The position numbers and the translations under genes were made by a program. Below are positions 40,060-48,105 of a DNA stretch of 48,996 bases, one piece after another. Every line of letters begins with the position of its first letter. Position 1 is the first letter of the stretch. The notes under the pieces were generated by a model that had not been told where the DNA came from, did no database searches, and saw only the letters and a list, made by a program, of their open reading frames with translations. Origin of the DNA: Pelagibacteraceae bacterium (GTDB lineage: Bacteria; Pseudomonadota; Alphaproteobacteria; GCA-002720895); assembly GCA_002720895.1 (NCBI GenBank), contig PBIP01000009.1, positions 1-48,996 of the forward strand, in the 5' to 3' direction.

Positions 40060-40698
40060 TTACTGCCAAGATTTTGATGTTAAAACAACCCATCCTTTTG
40101 ATACTTGTTGCTTGCCTCTATATATGCCATTTGAACTATCACCAACTATTTTTCTTGGCTCATCATAATCATATCCTTGATAGTCTTCATTGATTTTTTC
40201 AAAAATTATATTAATTCTTCCTGGTTCAATAAATAAATATCCAGCAGTTGTATCAATTGTACTTGGAATAAACCAAAATTTTTTTCTTAATTGAAAAACT
40301 TCGAACAAAACATCCTGATTTTTATTTGCTTTTTCTAAAGCTTTAGGTATTTGATTGCTTAATAATTCAATATTGCCCTCGGAAAATACAGCATGTTTAC
40401 CTTTCTTTTTTTTACTTTTTTTTGCAATAATTTTATATTCTAATTTGCTTAAAGATTTACTAATTGTACTAGAAGAAATATTTACAGGATGTAGAGTTCT
40501 ACTTTTATTTCGCCCTTGAACCGGAATTGTTTCTACTATCGCAATATATTGTTTACCTTTTTTCCAAATATAAGTTGATGCAATATCTTTTTTAGATGTA
40601 TATGTACCACTTTCTTCCCAAGTTTTTTTTAACCCCCCACATCCACTAATGAGAATTAAAAAAATAAAAGGAAAAATTCTTAAAAAATTTGTAATCAT
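40060..40698 (-). CDS. lipoprotein of unknown function (paralog A)
   Basis: 212 aa. Lipobox LILISGC at residues 14-20. It is a paralog of the downstream ORF. Confidence 0.7.
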   Translation of the reverse strand: MITNFLRIFPFIFLILISGCGGLKKTWEESGTYTSKKDIASTYIWKKGKQYIAIVETIPVQGRNKSRTLHPVNISSSTISKSLSKLEYKIIAKKSKKKKGKHAVFSEGNIELLSNQIPKALEKANKNQDVLFEVFQLRKKFWFIPSTIDTTAGYLFIEPGRINIIFEKINEDYQGYDYDEPRKIVGDSSNGIYRGKQQVSKGWVVLTSKSWQ

Positions 40699-40762
40699 TA
40701 TAAAAATATAAAAAAGTAATATACTATTATATAATTCATTTATTTAAAAGAAATGAAAGGTT

Positions 40763-41584
40763 ATGACTTTAGATTTGATCGAAATAAATCCTACTAAGAA
40801 TTATAAAGAGGAAAATTTTCCTGTAGCGTCTTGGTTATTATCTAAAAAAGTTAGATCTCAGGTACTAACGTTTTATAAATTTGCAAGAGCAGCAGATGAT
40901 ATAGCTGATAGCCCAAAATTAAGTCCACAAGAAAAAATTAAAAGACTTAATATGTTTGAAAAAGCAATTGAAAGTAATAAATCTAAAATTTCTAAAGTCG
41001 AAACTTTAAAAAAAATATGTTTTCAAAATAAAATAAAAGTTGATCATGCATTAAATTTACTAAAGGCATTTAAACAAGATGCTACAAAAAAAAGATATAA
41101 AAATTGGAATGAGTTAATTAATTATTGCAGGTATTCAGCTGTTCCAGTTGGAAGATTTGTAATAGATTTACATAAAGAAGATAAAATAAGTTATAAGTAT
41201 TCTGATCCTTTATGTATAGCTCTACAAATACTTAATCATATACAAGATTGTAAAGAGGATTATAAAAAAATAAATAGAGTCTATTTGCCTGAATCATTTT
41301 TAAACAAATATGAAGTTAAATTATCCCAATTAAATAAAGATTATATAGATAAGAACTTAAGACTCGCTATTGATGAAATTTTACTTCATACGGAGAAATT
41401 AATAAAACAAGCAGATAAATTTAAAAAAATAATGAAAAATAAAAAATTGTCTAATGAAACAACTTTTATTTTAGAAATTGCTAAAAAATTACATAAACTA
41501 TTAAAAGAAAAGGATCCTCTAGGAAAAAAGGTTGTTTTAAACAAGCTTGATTATATTAAATGTTTTGCTAAATCATTTTTATAA
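40763..41584 (+). CDS. hpnC: hydroxysqualene synthase HpnC (squalene/phytoene synthase family)
   Basis: 273 aa. N-terminal ENFPVASWLL, Asp-rich motifs FARAADDIAD and HIQDCKEDY. It is first in the hpnCDE-shc order. Confidence 0.85.
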   Translation: MTLDLIEINPTKNYKEENFPVASWLLSKKVRSQVLTFYKFARAADDIADSPKLSPQEKIKRLNMFEKAIESNKSKISKVETLKKICFQNKIKVDHALNLLKAFKQDATKKRYKNWNELINYCRYSAVPVGRFVIDLHKEDKISYKYSDPLCIALQILNHIQDCKEDYKKINRVYLPESFLNKYEVKLSQLNKDYIDKNLRLAIDEILLHTEKLIKQADKFKKIMKNKKLSNETTFILEIAKKLHKLLKEKDPLGKKVVLNKLDYIKCFAKSFL

Positions 41585-41600
41585 TTATTAAATTAAATCT

Positions 41601-42431
41601 TTGTCAGTGGCTAATACAAATATAATAAAGTACCCGAAATCCTCATTTTACTGGGGTATGAAAATTCTTAATAAAGACAAGAGAGAGGCTATGTTTGTTT
41701 TATACGCATTTTGTAAAAAAGCAGACACAATAGCGGATAATAAAGATTTAAAAGAAAGAAAGAAAAGAAAAATTGAAAAATTAAAAAAAGAAGTAAACGA
41801 GATTTTTCAAAATAAATTAAAAAATAATTTTAATAAAATTTTAAAAAATAATATTGATAAATATAAAATTAAGAAAAAATATTTTTTGGATATCATTAAA
41901 GGTTGTGAAATGGATATTGATAATAAGATGATTTGTCCTAATAAAAAAAATTTTAATTTGTATTGTTATAGAGTTGCAGGAGCTGTTGGCTTAATAAGTT
42001 TAAAAATTTTTGGAGAAAATACTCAAAAATCAAAATCTTTTGGTCTTCATTTAGCTAAAGCATTGCAAATTACAAATATTTTAAGAGATATAAATCAAGA
42101 TAAAAAAATGGGAAGAATGTATATTCCAAAAGAAATGCTTAATAATGTGGGTATTAAATCGAATAATATTAATTTTATTATAAAAAATAAAAACTTCCCT
42201 AAAGCTTGCATTCGATTATCTAAACAAGCTGAAATAGCTTTTGATAAAGCTAATAAAGATTTACTTTTTTGTTCAAAAAAAAATTTAAAAGCTGCAATAG
42301 TAATGATGAATACCTATGAATTGCTTTTAAAAAAATTAAAAAAAAAAGGTTGGGAAGATATTAAGCAAAGGGTAAGTTTAACAAAGTTTGAAAAATTTTT
42401 ACTATTTGTAAAAGGAATATTTGTTAATTGA
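41601..42431 (+). CDS. hpnD: presqualene diphosphate synthase HpnD (squalene/phytoene synthase family)
   Basis: 276 aa. Motifs SSFYWGMKIL, YAFCKKADTIAD and NILRDINQDKKMGRMYIP. The start must be the TTG at 41601 or the GTG at 41607. Confidence 0.85.
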   Translation: MSVANTNIIKYPKSSFYWGMKILNKDKREAMFVLYAFCKKADTIADNKDLKERKKRKIEKLKKEVNEIFQNKLKNNFNKILKNNIDKYKIKKKYFLDIIKGCEMDIDNKMICPNKKNFNLYCYRVAGAVGLISLKIFGENTQKSKSFGLHLAKALQITNILRDINQDKKMGRMYIPKEMLNNVGIKSNNINFIIKNKNFPKACIRLSKQAEIAFDKANKDLLFCSKKNLKAAIVMMNTYELLLKKLKKKGWEDIKQRVSLTKFEKFLLFVKGIFVN

Positions 42432-43696
42432 ATAAATCTATTCATATAATTGGAAGTGGTCTTGCAGGATTATCATGTGCTATCAATTTGTCAAAAAAAC
42501 ATGGAAGAAATGTAATTCTTTATGAAGCATCATCTTTATATGGCGGTCGATGCAGATCATATAAAGAAAAAAATTTTAACTGTATTCTTGATAACGGAAA
42601 TCATTTAATTATTAAAGCATATAAAAACACTTTCAATTATCTAAAAAAAATTAAGTCTCAAAAAGAATTAATAGCAAATAATGAAACTTTTTACCCGTTT
42701 GTTGATATAAAAAATTCAGAATTCTGGAGCGTTAAACCGTATTCTTATATATTTCCTTGGTGGATATTTTTTGGATCTTGCAGACCTACAAATATTTCAT
42801 TATTAGATTTCATAAAAAGTTTAAAAATTTTTTTTGCTAAAAAAAATCAGTCTGTTTCTAGCTTACTAAAAAAAAATAGTGAAATTTATAAAAAATTTTG
42901 GAAGCCTTTTACAATAGCTGTTCTTAATACTCATCCTGACGAAGCTTCTGCAAAATTATTAAGTAAAGTAATTATAAAAACTTTATTTTTTAGTAATAAC
43001 CCTCTTAAACCATTTGTGGTAAAAAAATCATTAAAAGATAGTTTAATTAATCCAGCAATTAAAAAAATTACTAAAAGTGGAGGTAATATAAAAAATAATT
43101 TCAGATTAAAAAAAATTATATTTAATAAAAATTTAGCTCAAAAATTAGTGTTTAATAAAAAAAAAATTGAAATTAAAGAAAATGAAATTATCGTTTTAGC
43201 TGTAACACCTAATATTGCTTCAAAAATTATACCAAATTTAAAAACTCCAAAAAAAACTAATTGTATATTAAATCTTCATTTTAAACTTGATAAAGAATAT
43301 AAAGAAATAAAGTTTCCACAAAATTCATTTTTTGTTGGTGTAATTGGTGGTGTGGTTGATTGGATTTTTAGAAAAAAAAATATTTTATCAATTACAATAA
43401 GCGCTGCAAATTATTTAGATAATTTAGATAATGAAAAAATTTCAGATATGGTTTGGGAAGATATAAAAAAGGTATTTAAAATAAATAATTTAAAAAAACC
43501 TAAATATAAAATCATAAAGGAAAAAATGGCAACATTCGTACAAAGTCCAAAAGAAATTTATAGAAAACCAAAAATGCAAACAAAGTATAAAAATATTTTT
43601 CTTGCAGGGGATTGGGTTGATACCGGTCTTCCTGCAACAATAGAAGGTGCCATAACTTCGGGTAATAATGTGGCAAACTATATAAATAAATTCTAA
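42428..43696 (+). CDS. hpnE: hydroxysqualene dehydroxylase HpnE (FAD amine-oxidase family)
   Basis: 422 aa. N-terminal dinucleotide fold IIGSGLAGLSCA..YEASSLYGGR and C-terminal GDWVDTGLPATIEGA. It has a TTG start overlapping the hpnD stop. Confidence 0.85.
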   Translation: MNKSIHIIGSGLAGLSCAINLSKKHGRNVILYEASSLYGGRCRSYKEKNFNCILDNGNHLIIKAYKNTFNYLKKIKSQKELIANNETFYPFVDIKNSEFWSVKPYSYIFPWWIFFGSCRPTNISLLDFIKSLKIFFAKKNQSVSSLLKKNSEIYKKFWKPFTIAVLNTHPDEASAKLLSKVIIKTLFFSNNPLKPFVVKKSLKDSLINPAIKKITKSGGNIKNNFRLKKIIFNKNLAQKLVFNKKKIEIKENEIIVLAVTPNIASKIIPNLKTPKKTNCILNLHFKLDKEYKEIKFPQNSFFVGVIGGVVDWIFRKKNILSITISAANYLDNLDNEKISDMVWEDIKKVFKINNLKKPKYKIIKEKMATFVQSPKEIYRKPKMQTKYKNIFLAGDWVDTGLPATIEGAITSGNNVANYINKF

Positions 43697-45582
43697 TGAA
43701 TATTAAAAATATAATTAATTACTGTAAAAAAAAGATTATAAATGATCAAAAAAAAGATGGGCATTGGGTTTATGAACTTGAAGCAGATACAACAATACCT
43801 TCTGAATATATATTAATGAATCATTTTTTAGGAATTACAGAAAAAAAATTAGAAACAAGGCTGGCTAAATATATTAAAAAAGAACAAAACCAAGATGGTG
43901 GATGGCCTTTATTTTGGAAAGGTGAATCAAATATTAGTACAAGCGTTAAAGCGTATTATGCTCTAAAACTTTCTGGAGAAAAAGAAACATCTTCTATAAT
44001 GTTAAAAGCAAAAAAGAAAATACTCGATCTTGGTGGTGCTAAAAATTCTAATGTATTTACAAAAATTAGCCTTGCAATGTTTGGCCAAATTTCTTGGAAA
44101 AACATTCCATGTATGCCAATTGAAATTATGTCTTTGCCAAATTGGTTTCCTTTTCACATAAATAAAATTTCTTACTGGTCTAGAACAGTTGTGGTGCCAC
44201 TTTTAATAATTTTAGATAAAAAACCTAAGGCAAAAAACCCAAAAAATATAAATATTCAAGAATTATTTATTAAAAATAAAGAAATAAAAACAAATTATGG
44301 AAAAGATTCTTTATTTTATTATTATTTATTTTCTTTAATCGATAAAACTTTAAGGATTATTAAACCGTTTTTTCCAAAAAAAATTAAACAAATTTCTATT
44401 AATAAAGCTAAAAATTTTATTATTAATCGTTTGAATGGAATAAATGGGCTAGGTGCAATTTTTCCAGCGATGACAAATTGCACTATTGCTCTTAATTTAT
44501 TGGAACTAAAAAAAGAATATGAGATTTCTTTAAATAGCGTAAAAAATTTAATTACTCACAAAAAAAATTATAGTTATTGCCAACCTTGTTTTTCACCTGT
44601 ATGGGATACTGGGCTAAACGGTCTATCTCTTTTAGAATCTGGGATGACTTTAAAAGATCCTGCAATACAAAAAGCGTGTAAGTGGCTTGAAAAAAAACAA
44701 ATTTTGAAAGTTAAAGGCGATTGGATCCAAAATAATAAGAATCTTTTACCAGGTGGCTGGGCATTTCAGTACGATAATGATTTTTATCCTGATGTAGATG
44801 ACACTGCAGTTGTTGCAATGTTTTTAGATAAGGCTGGTTATCAAAAAAAAAAGATTATAGAAAGGGCTTGTGATTGGATAGAAGGAATGCAATCAAAAAA
44901 CGGGGGATGGGGAGCTTTTGATAAAGATAATACCCATCATTATTTAAACAATATCCCTTTTGCGGATCATGGAGCTTTGCTAGACCCACCTACTTCAGAT
45001 GTATCTGCTCGTTGTATATCAATGCTAAGTCAAATAAATAAAAATAAATACAAAAAAACAATACAAAAAGGGGTAAATTTTTTAAAAAGTGAGCAGGAGG
45101 AAAATGGATCTTGGTTTGGAAGATGGGGAACCAATTATATTTATGGAACATGGTCTGTTTTAAACGCACTTAAATCTTCAGGAGAGGATATGAATTCTAA
45201 CTATATTAAAAAAGCTATAACTTGGATAAAAAAAAAACAAAATAGTGATGGGGGTTGGGGGGAAGATTGCGCAACTTATTGGAAAGAAAATCAAAATATG
45301 CCTTCTATAGAAAGTATGCCTAGTCAAACATCGTGGGCTATACTAAGTTTGCTCACTACTGAAAAAATTGATGACAATTCAGTAATTAAAGGAGTTAAAT
45401 TTTTGAAAAAAACTTTTAATAAAAAAGATCTTTGGATAGATAAACGTTTTAATGCTGTTGGATTTCCTAAAGTTTTTTATATAACCTATCATGGATATGC
45501 TAAATATTTTAGTAATTGGGCACTTTCAAGATATGAAAATTTAAAAAAAGGTAATAAAAGCAATAGAATTCTTGGATTATAA
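43696..45582 (+). CDS. shc: squalene-hopene cyclase
   Basis: 628 aa. Catalytic DVDDTAVVAMFL and repeated QW-type motifs (QNQDGGWP, QSKNGGWGAF, QEENGSWFGRWG, QNSDGGWGE). The ATG overlaps the hpnE stop (TAATG). Confidence 0.95.
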   Translation: MNIKNIINYCKKKIINDQKKDGHWVYELEADTTIPSEYILMNHFLGITEKKLETRLAKYIKKEQNQDGGWPLFWKGESNISTSVKAYYALKLSGEKETSSIMLKAKKKILDLGGAKNSNVFTKISLAMFGQISWKNIPCMPIEIMSLPNWFPFHINKISYWSRTVVVPLLIILDKKPKAKNPKNINIQELFIKNKEIKTNYGKDSLFYYYLFSLIDKTLRIIKPFFPKKIKQISINKAKNFIINRLNGINGLGAIFPAMTNCTIALNLLELKKEYEISLNSVKNLITHKKNYSYCQPCFSPVWDTGLNGLSLLESGMTLKDPAIQKACKWLEKKQILKVKGDWIQNNKNLLPGGWAFQYDNDFYPDVDDTAVVAMFLDKAGYQKKKIIERACDWIEGMQSKNGGWGAFDKDNTHHYLNNIPFADHGALLDPPTSDVSARCISMLSQINKNKYKKTIQKGVNFLKSEQEENGSWFGRWGTNYIYGTWSVLNALKSSGEDMNSNYIKKAITWIKKKQNSDGGWGEDCATYWKENQNMPSIESMPSQTSWAILSLLTTEKIDDNSVIKGVKFLKKTFNKKDLWIDKRFNAVGFPKVFYITYHGYAKYFSNWALSRYENLKKGNKSNRILGL

Positions 45583-45691
45583 TATCATTCATAGCAATGA
45601 TGTTTGTCATATCAATAATAAATTTGAAGAATAACTAATAATATCTTATTTAAGATTTAATTATTTATTATTAATCATTTAAGGAATTTAT

Positions 45692-45949
45692 ATGAAAAAA
45701 ATTACTTATGTTTTACTAGCTTTCATTGCACTTTTTGTTAATTCAACTGCATATGCTGTAGAAGCTAGAGTACCGGCCACATCAATTGGTCAAGCACTAC
45801 AAAGTGCTAGAGGTAAAGATAATTTTTCTGAAATTAAATCTGCAAGATTTGATGTTAAGAAAAAAACTTACAATATCACCTATCTTACAAAAGAAGGTAA
45901 AATCGAAACTGTTAAAATTAGCAAAATCAACGGTAAAGAAGTCAAATAA
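45692..45949 (+). CDS. small exported protein, PepSY-like fold suspected
   Basis: 85 aa. Signal peptide MKKITYVLLAFIALFVNSTAYA. AAGGAA lies 7 nt upstream of the ATG. It is followed by a GC hairpin terminator. The C-terminal pattern YNITYLTKEGKIETVKISKINGKEV resembles PepSY repeats. Confidence 0.6.
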   Translation: MKKITYVLLAFIALFVNSTAYAVEARVPATSIGQALQSARGKDNFSEIKSARFDVKKKTYNITYLTKEGKIETVKISKINGKEVK

Positions 45950-45967
45950 TTCTGTTTTATAGAAACT

Positions 45968-45983
45968 GGTCTCTTCGGAGACC
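45968..45983. terminator. intrinsic terminator hairpin, potentially bidirectional
   Basis: GGTCTC-TTCG-GAGACC is a perfect 6-bp GC-rich stem with a UUCG loop. It is followed on the plus strand by TTGCTTCTTTTTCT. It lies between the convergent stops at 45949 and 45996. Confidence 0.6.
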
Positions 45984-45995
45984 TTGCTTCTTTTT

Positions 45996-47135
45996 CTATT
46001 TTACAGCTAATTCTTCTTGATTATTTTCTTGTTCAATTTTTTTTGATGAATCTTTAACTAACTTTTCAAAAACATATTCCGCAGGTCTTTGATTATTTAA
46101 TGGAATGTCTGGGACCATTTTCCCTTCAGTTTTTGGGCCAAATAAAGCGACTTTTAAAGTTTTTAAAGGATTTTTAATTGAATCTTCCGCAGCTGTTGGC
46201 TCATAACCACAATGAACCATGCAATCGGCACATTTTTCATAATTACCTGTTCCATATTTATCCCATTCTGTAGTTTCCATTAATTCTTTAAAACTTTTTA
46301 CATACCCTTCGCCAAGTAAATAACAAGGTTTTTGCCATCCGAAAATATTTCTAGTTGGATTACCCCATGGGGTACACTTGTAATTTTGATTCCCAGCAAG
46401 AAAATCTAAAAATAATGAAGATTGGCTAAATTCCCATTTTTTTCCTTTCTTCAATTTAAATATATGGCGAAAAAAGTTTTTTGTTTTTTTTCTTTTTAAA
46501 AAATTTTTTTGATCTGCTGCTCTTTCATAAGCATATCCAGGAGATACTGTTATGCCATCTACCCCTAAATCAGTAACAAAATCAAAAAATTTTGCTGTTC
46601 TACTCGGAGTCATTTGATGAAACAAAGTACAATTAACATTACATCTAAATCCTTTTTGTTTTGCTACTTTAATAGCTTCAATAACTTTTGTATAAACGCC
46701 CCCGCGGCAAACAGAATGATCATGCTCTTTTTCTAATCCATCTAAGTGAATTGAAAAAGTCAAATATTTTGAAGGTTCAAACAAATCTAATTTTTTTTCT
46801 AATAGAAGTGCGTTGGTACAAAGATAAACAAACTTACCCTTTTTAATTATTCCTTTAACTATATCTCCTATTTCTTTATGTACTAAGGGCTCTCCACCTG
46901 GTATTGAAACTACAGGTGCTCCACATTCGTCTACTGCTTCTAAACATTCCTTCACAGACATTCTTTTATTTAAAATTTCATCAGGATAATCTATTTTTCC
47001 ACATCCAGCGCACGCTAAATTACAGCGAAATAAAGGTTCTAACATTAGAACTAAAGGATATCTTTTATTACCTTTAATTTTTTGTTCAAAAATATATCTG
47101 GCTACTTTAATTTTTTGTAAAAGAGGTATTCCCAT
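45996..47135 (-). CDS. hpnH: adenosylhopane synthase HpnH (radical SAM)
   Basis: 379 aa. Radical SAM motif CNLACAGCG and an HpnH-like N-terminus (KVARYIFEQKIKGNKRYPLVLMLEPLFRCNL). Confidence 0.9.
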   Translation of the reverse strand: MGIPLLQKIKVARYIFEQKIKGNKRYPLVLMLEPLFRCNLACAGCGKIDYPDEILNKRMSVKECLEAVDECGAPVVSIPGGEPLVHKEIGDIVKGIIKKGKFVYLCTNALLLEKKLDLFEPSKYLTFSIHLDGLEKEHDHSVCRGGVYTKVIEAIKVAKQKGFRCNVNCTLFHQMTPSRTAKFFDFVTDLGVDGITVSPGYAYERAADQKNFLKRKKTKNFFRHIFKLKKGKKWEFSQSSLFLDFLAGNQNYKCTPWGNPTRNIFGWQKPCYLLGEGYVKSFKELMETTEWDKYGTGNYEKCADCMVHCGYEPTAAEDSIKNPLKTLKVALFGPKTEGKMVPDIPLNNQRPAEYVFEKLVKDSSKKIEQENNQEELAVK

Positions 47136-47140
47136 TTTAT

Positions 47141-48091
47141 TTAAGCAATAAGCTCCTTTTTATCTTTTTTATATCTAATTCCTGATGGTAATTTAAATTC
47201 TACTTTTTCTTTAATGCCATCCATAACCTTTACATTTGATTTTTCTATTTTTTTTAATTCATTTACTACTTCCATTACAACAGCTTCGGGAGCTGATGCA
47301 CCTGCGGTAATTCCTACAGTTTTAACTTTTTTTAGCCATTTCTTATTTATGTCAGCTGGTCCATCGATTAAATAACTAGGTATTTTAATTTCTCTACCAA
47401 TTTCCTCTAATCTTTTCGAATTTGAACTATTTTGTGAACCAACAACTAATAATAAATCTACATGCTTAGCTAAATCTCTAACGGCTTCTTGTCTATTAGT
47501 TGTAGCATAGCAAATATCCTCGACGCCAGGACCTATAATATTTGGAAATCTATTTTCTAATTCTTTTATAACATCTTTAGTATCATCAACACCAAGAGTT
47601 GTTTGAGTAACGTATGCTAATTTGTCTTCATCTTTTACTTTTAACTTTCTTACATCTTCTTTAGTTGAAACTAAATGAACTCCTCCAGGAATTCTACCTT
47701 GTGTTCCTTCAACTTCTGGGTGTCCTTCATGGCCAATTAAAATTATTTCATAACCTTTTTTTGCATATTTAATTCCTTGATTATGAACTTTTAAAACTAA
47801 TGGGCAGGTTGCATCTAAAACTGGTAGCTTTCTAAGTTTTGCATCGTCTTCTACTTTTCTAGAAACACCATGAGCACTAAAAACAGTTACCGCGTCATTT
47901 GGTATTTCGCTTATTTCTTCGACAAATACAGCTCCCTTTTCTTTTAAATCTTCAACAACTCTTTTGTTATGAACAATTTCATGTCTTACATAAACAGGGG
48001 GGCCGTAAATTTTTAGAGCTTCTTTTACAATATCAATTGCTCTATCTACGCCTGCGCAAAATCCTCTTGGTTGTGCTAAAATGATTTTCAT
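47141..48091 (-). CDS. ispH: 4-hydroxy-3-methylbut-2-enyl diphosphate reductase
   Basis: 316 aa. IspH cluster cysteines (GFCAGV, ATCPLV, ICYATTNRQ) and HEGHPEV. Confidence 0.95.
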   Translation of the reverse strand: MKIILAQPRGFCAGVDRAIDIVKEALKIYGPPVYVRHEIVHNKRVVEDLKEKGAVFVEEISEIPNDAVTVFSAHGVSRKVEDDAKLRKLPVLDATCPLVLKVHNQGIKYAKKGYEIILIGHEGHPEVEGTQGRIPGGVHLVSTKEDVRKLKVKDEDKLAYVTQTTLGVDDTKDVIKELENRFPNIIGPGVEDICYATTNRQEAVRDLAKHVDLLLVVGSQNSSNSKRLEEIGREIKIPSYLIDGPADINKKWLKKVKTVGITAGASAPEAVVMEVVNELKKIEKSNVKVMDGIKEKVEFKLPSGIRYKKDKKELIA

Positions 48092-48105
48092 TTTTTTTTA
48101 TTTTA

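Noticed and set aside
45584-45601. An inverted repeat ATCATT-N6-AATGAT just after the shc stop could be a terminator.
   Set aside because: The stem is 6 bp with only one G:C pair and has no following T-tract. It is too weak to call.
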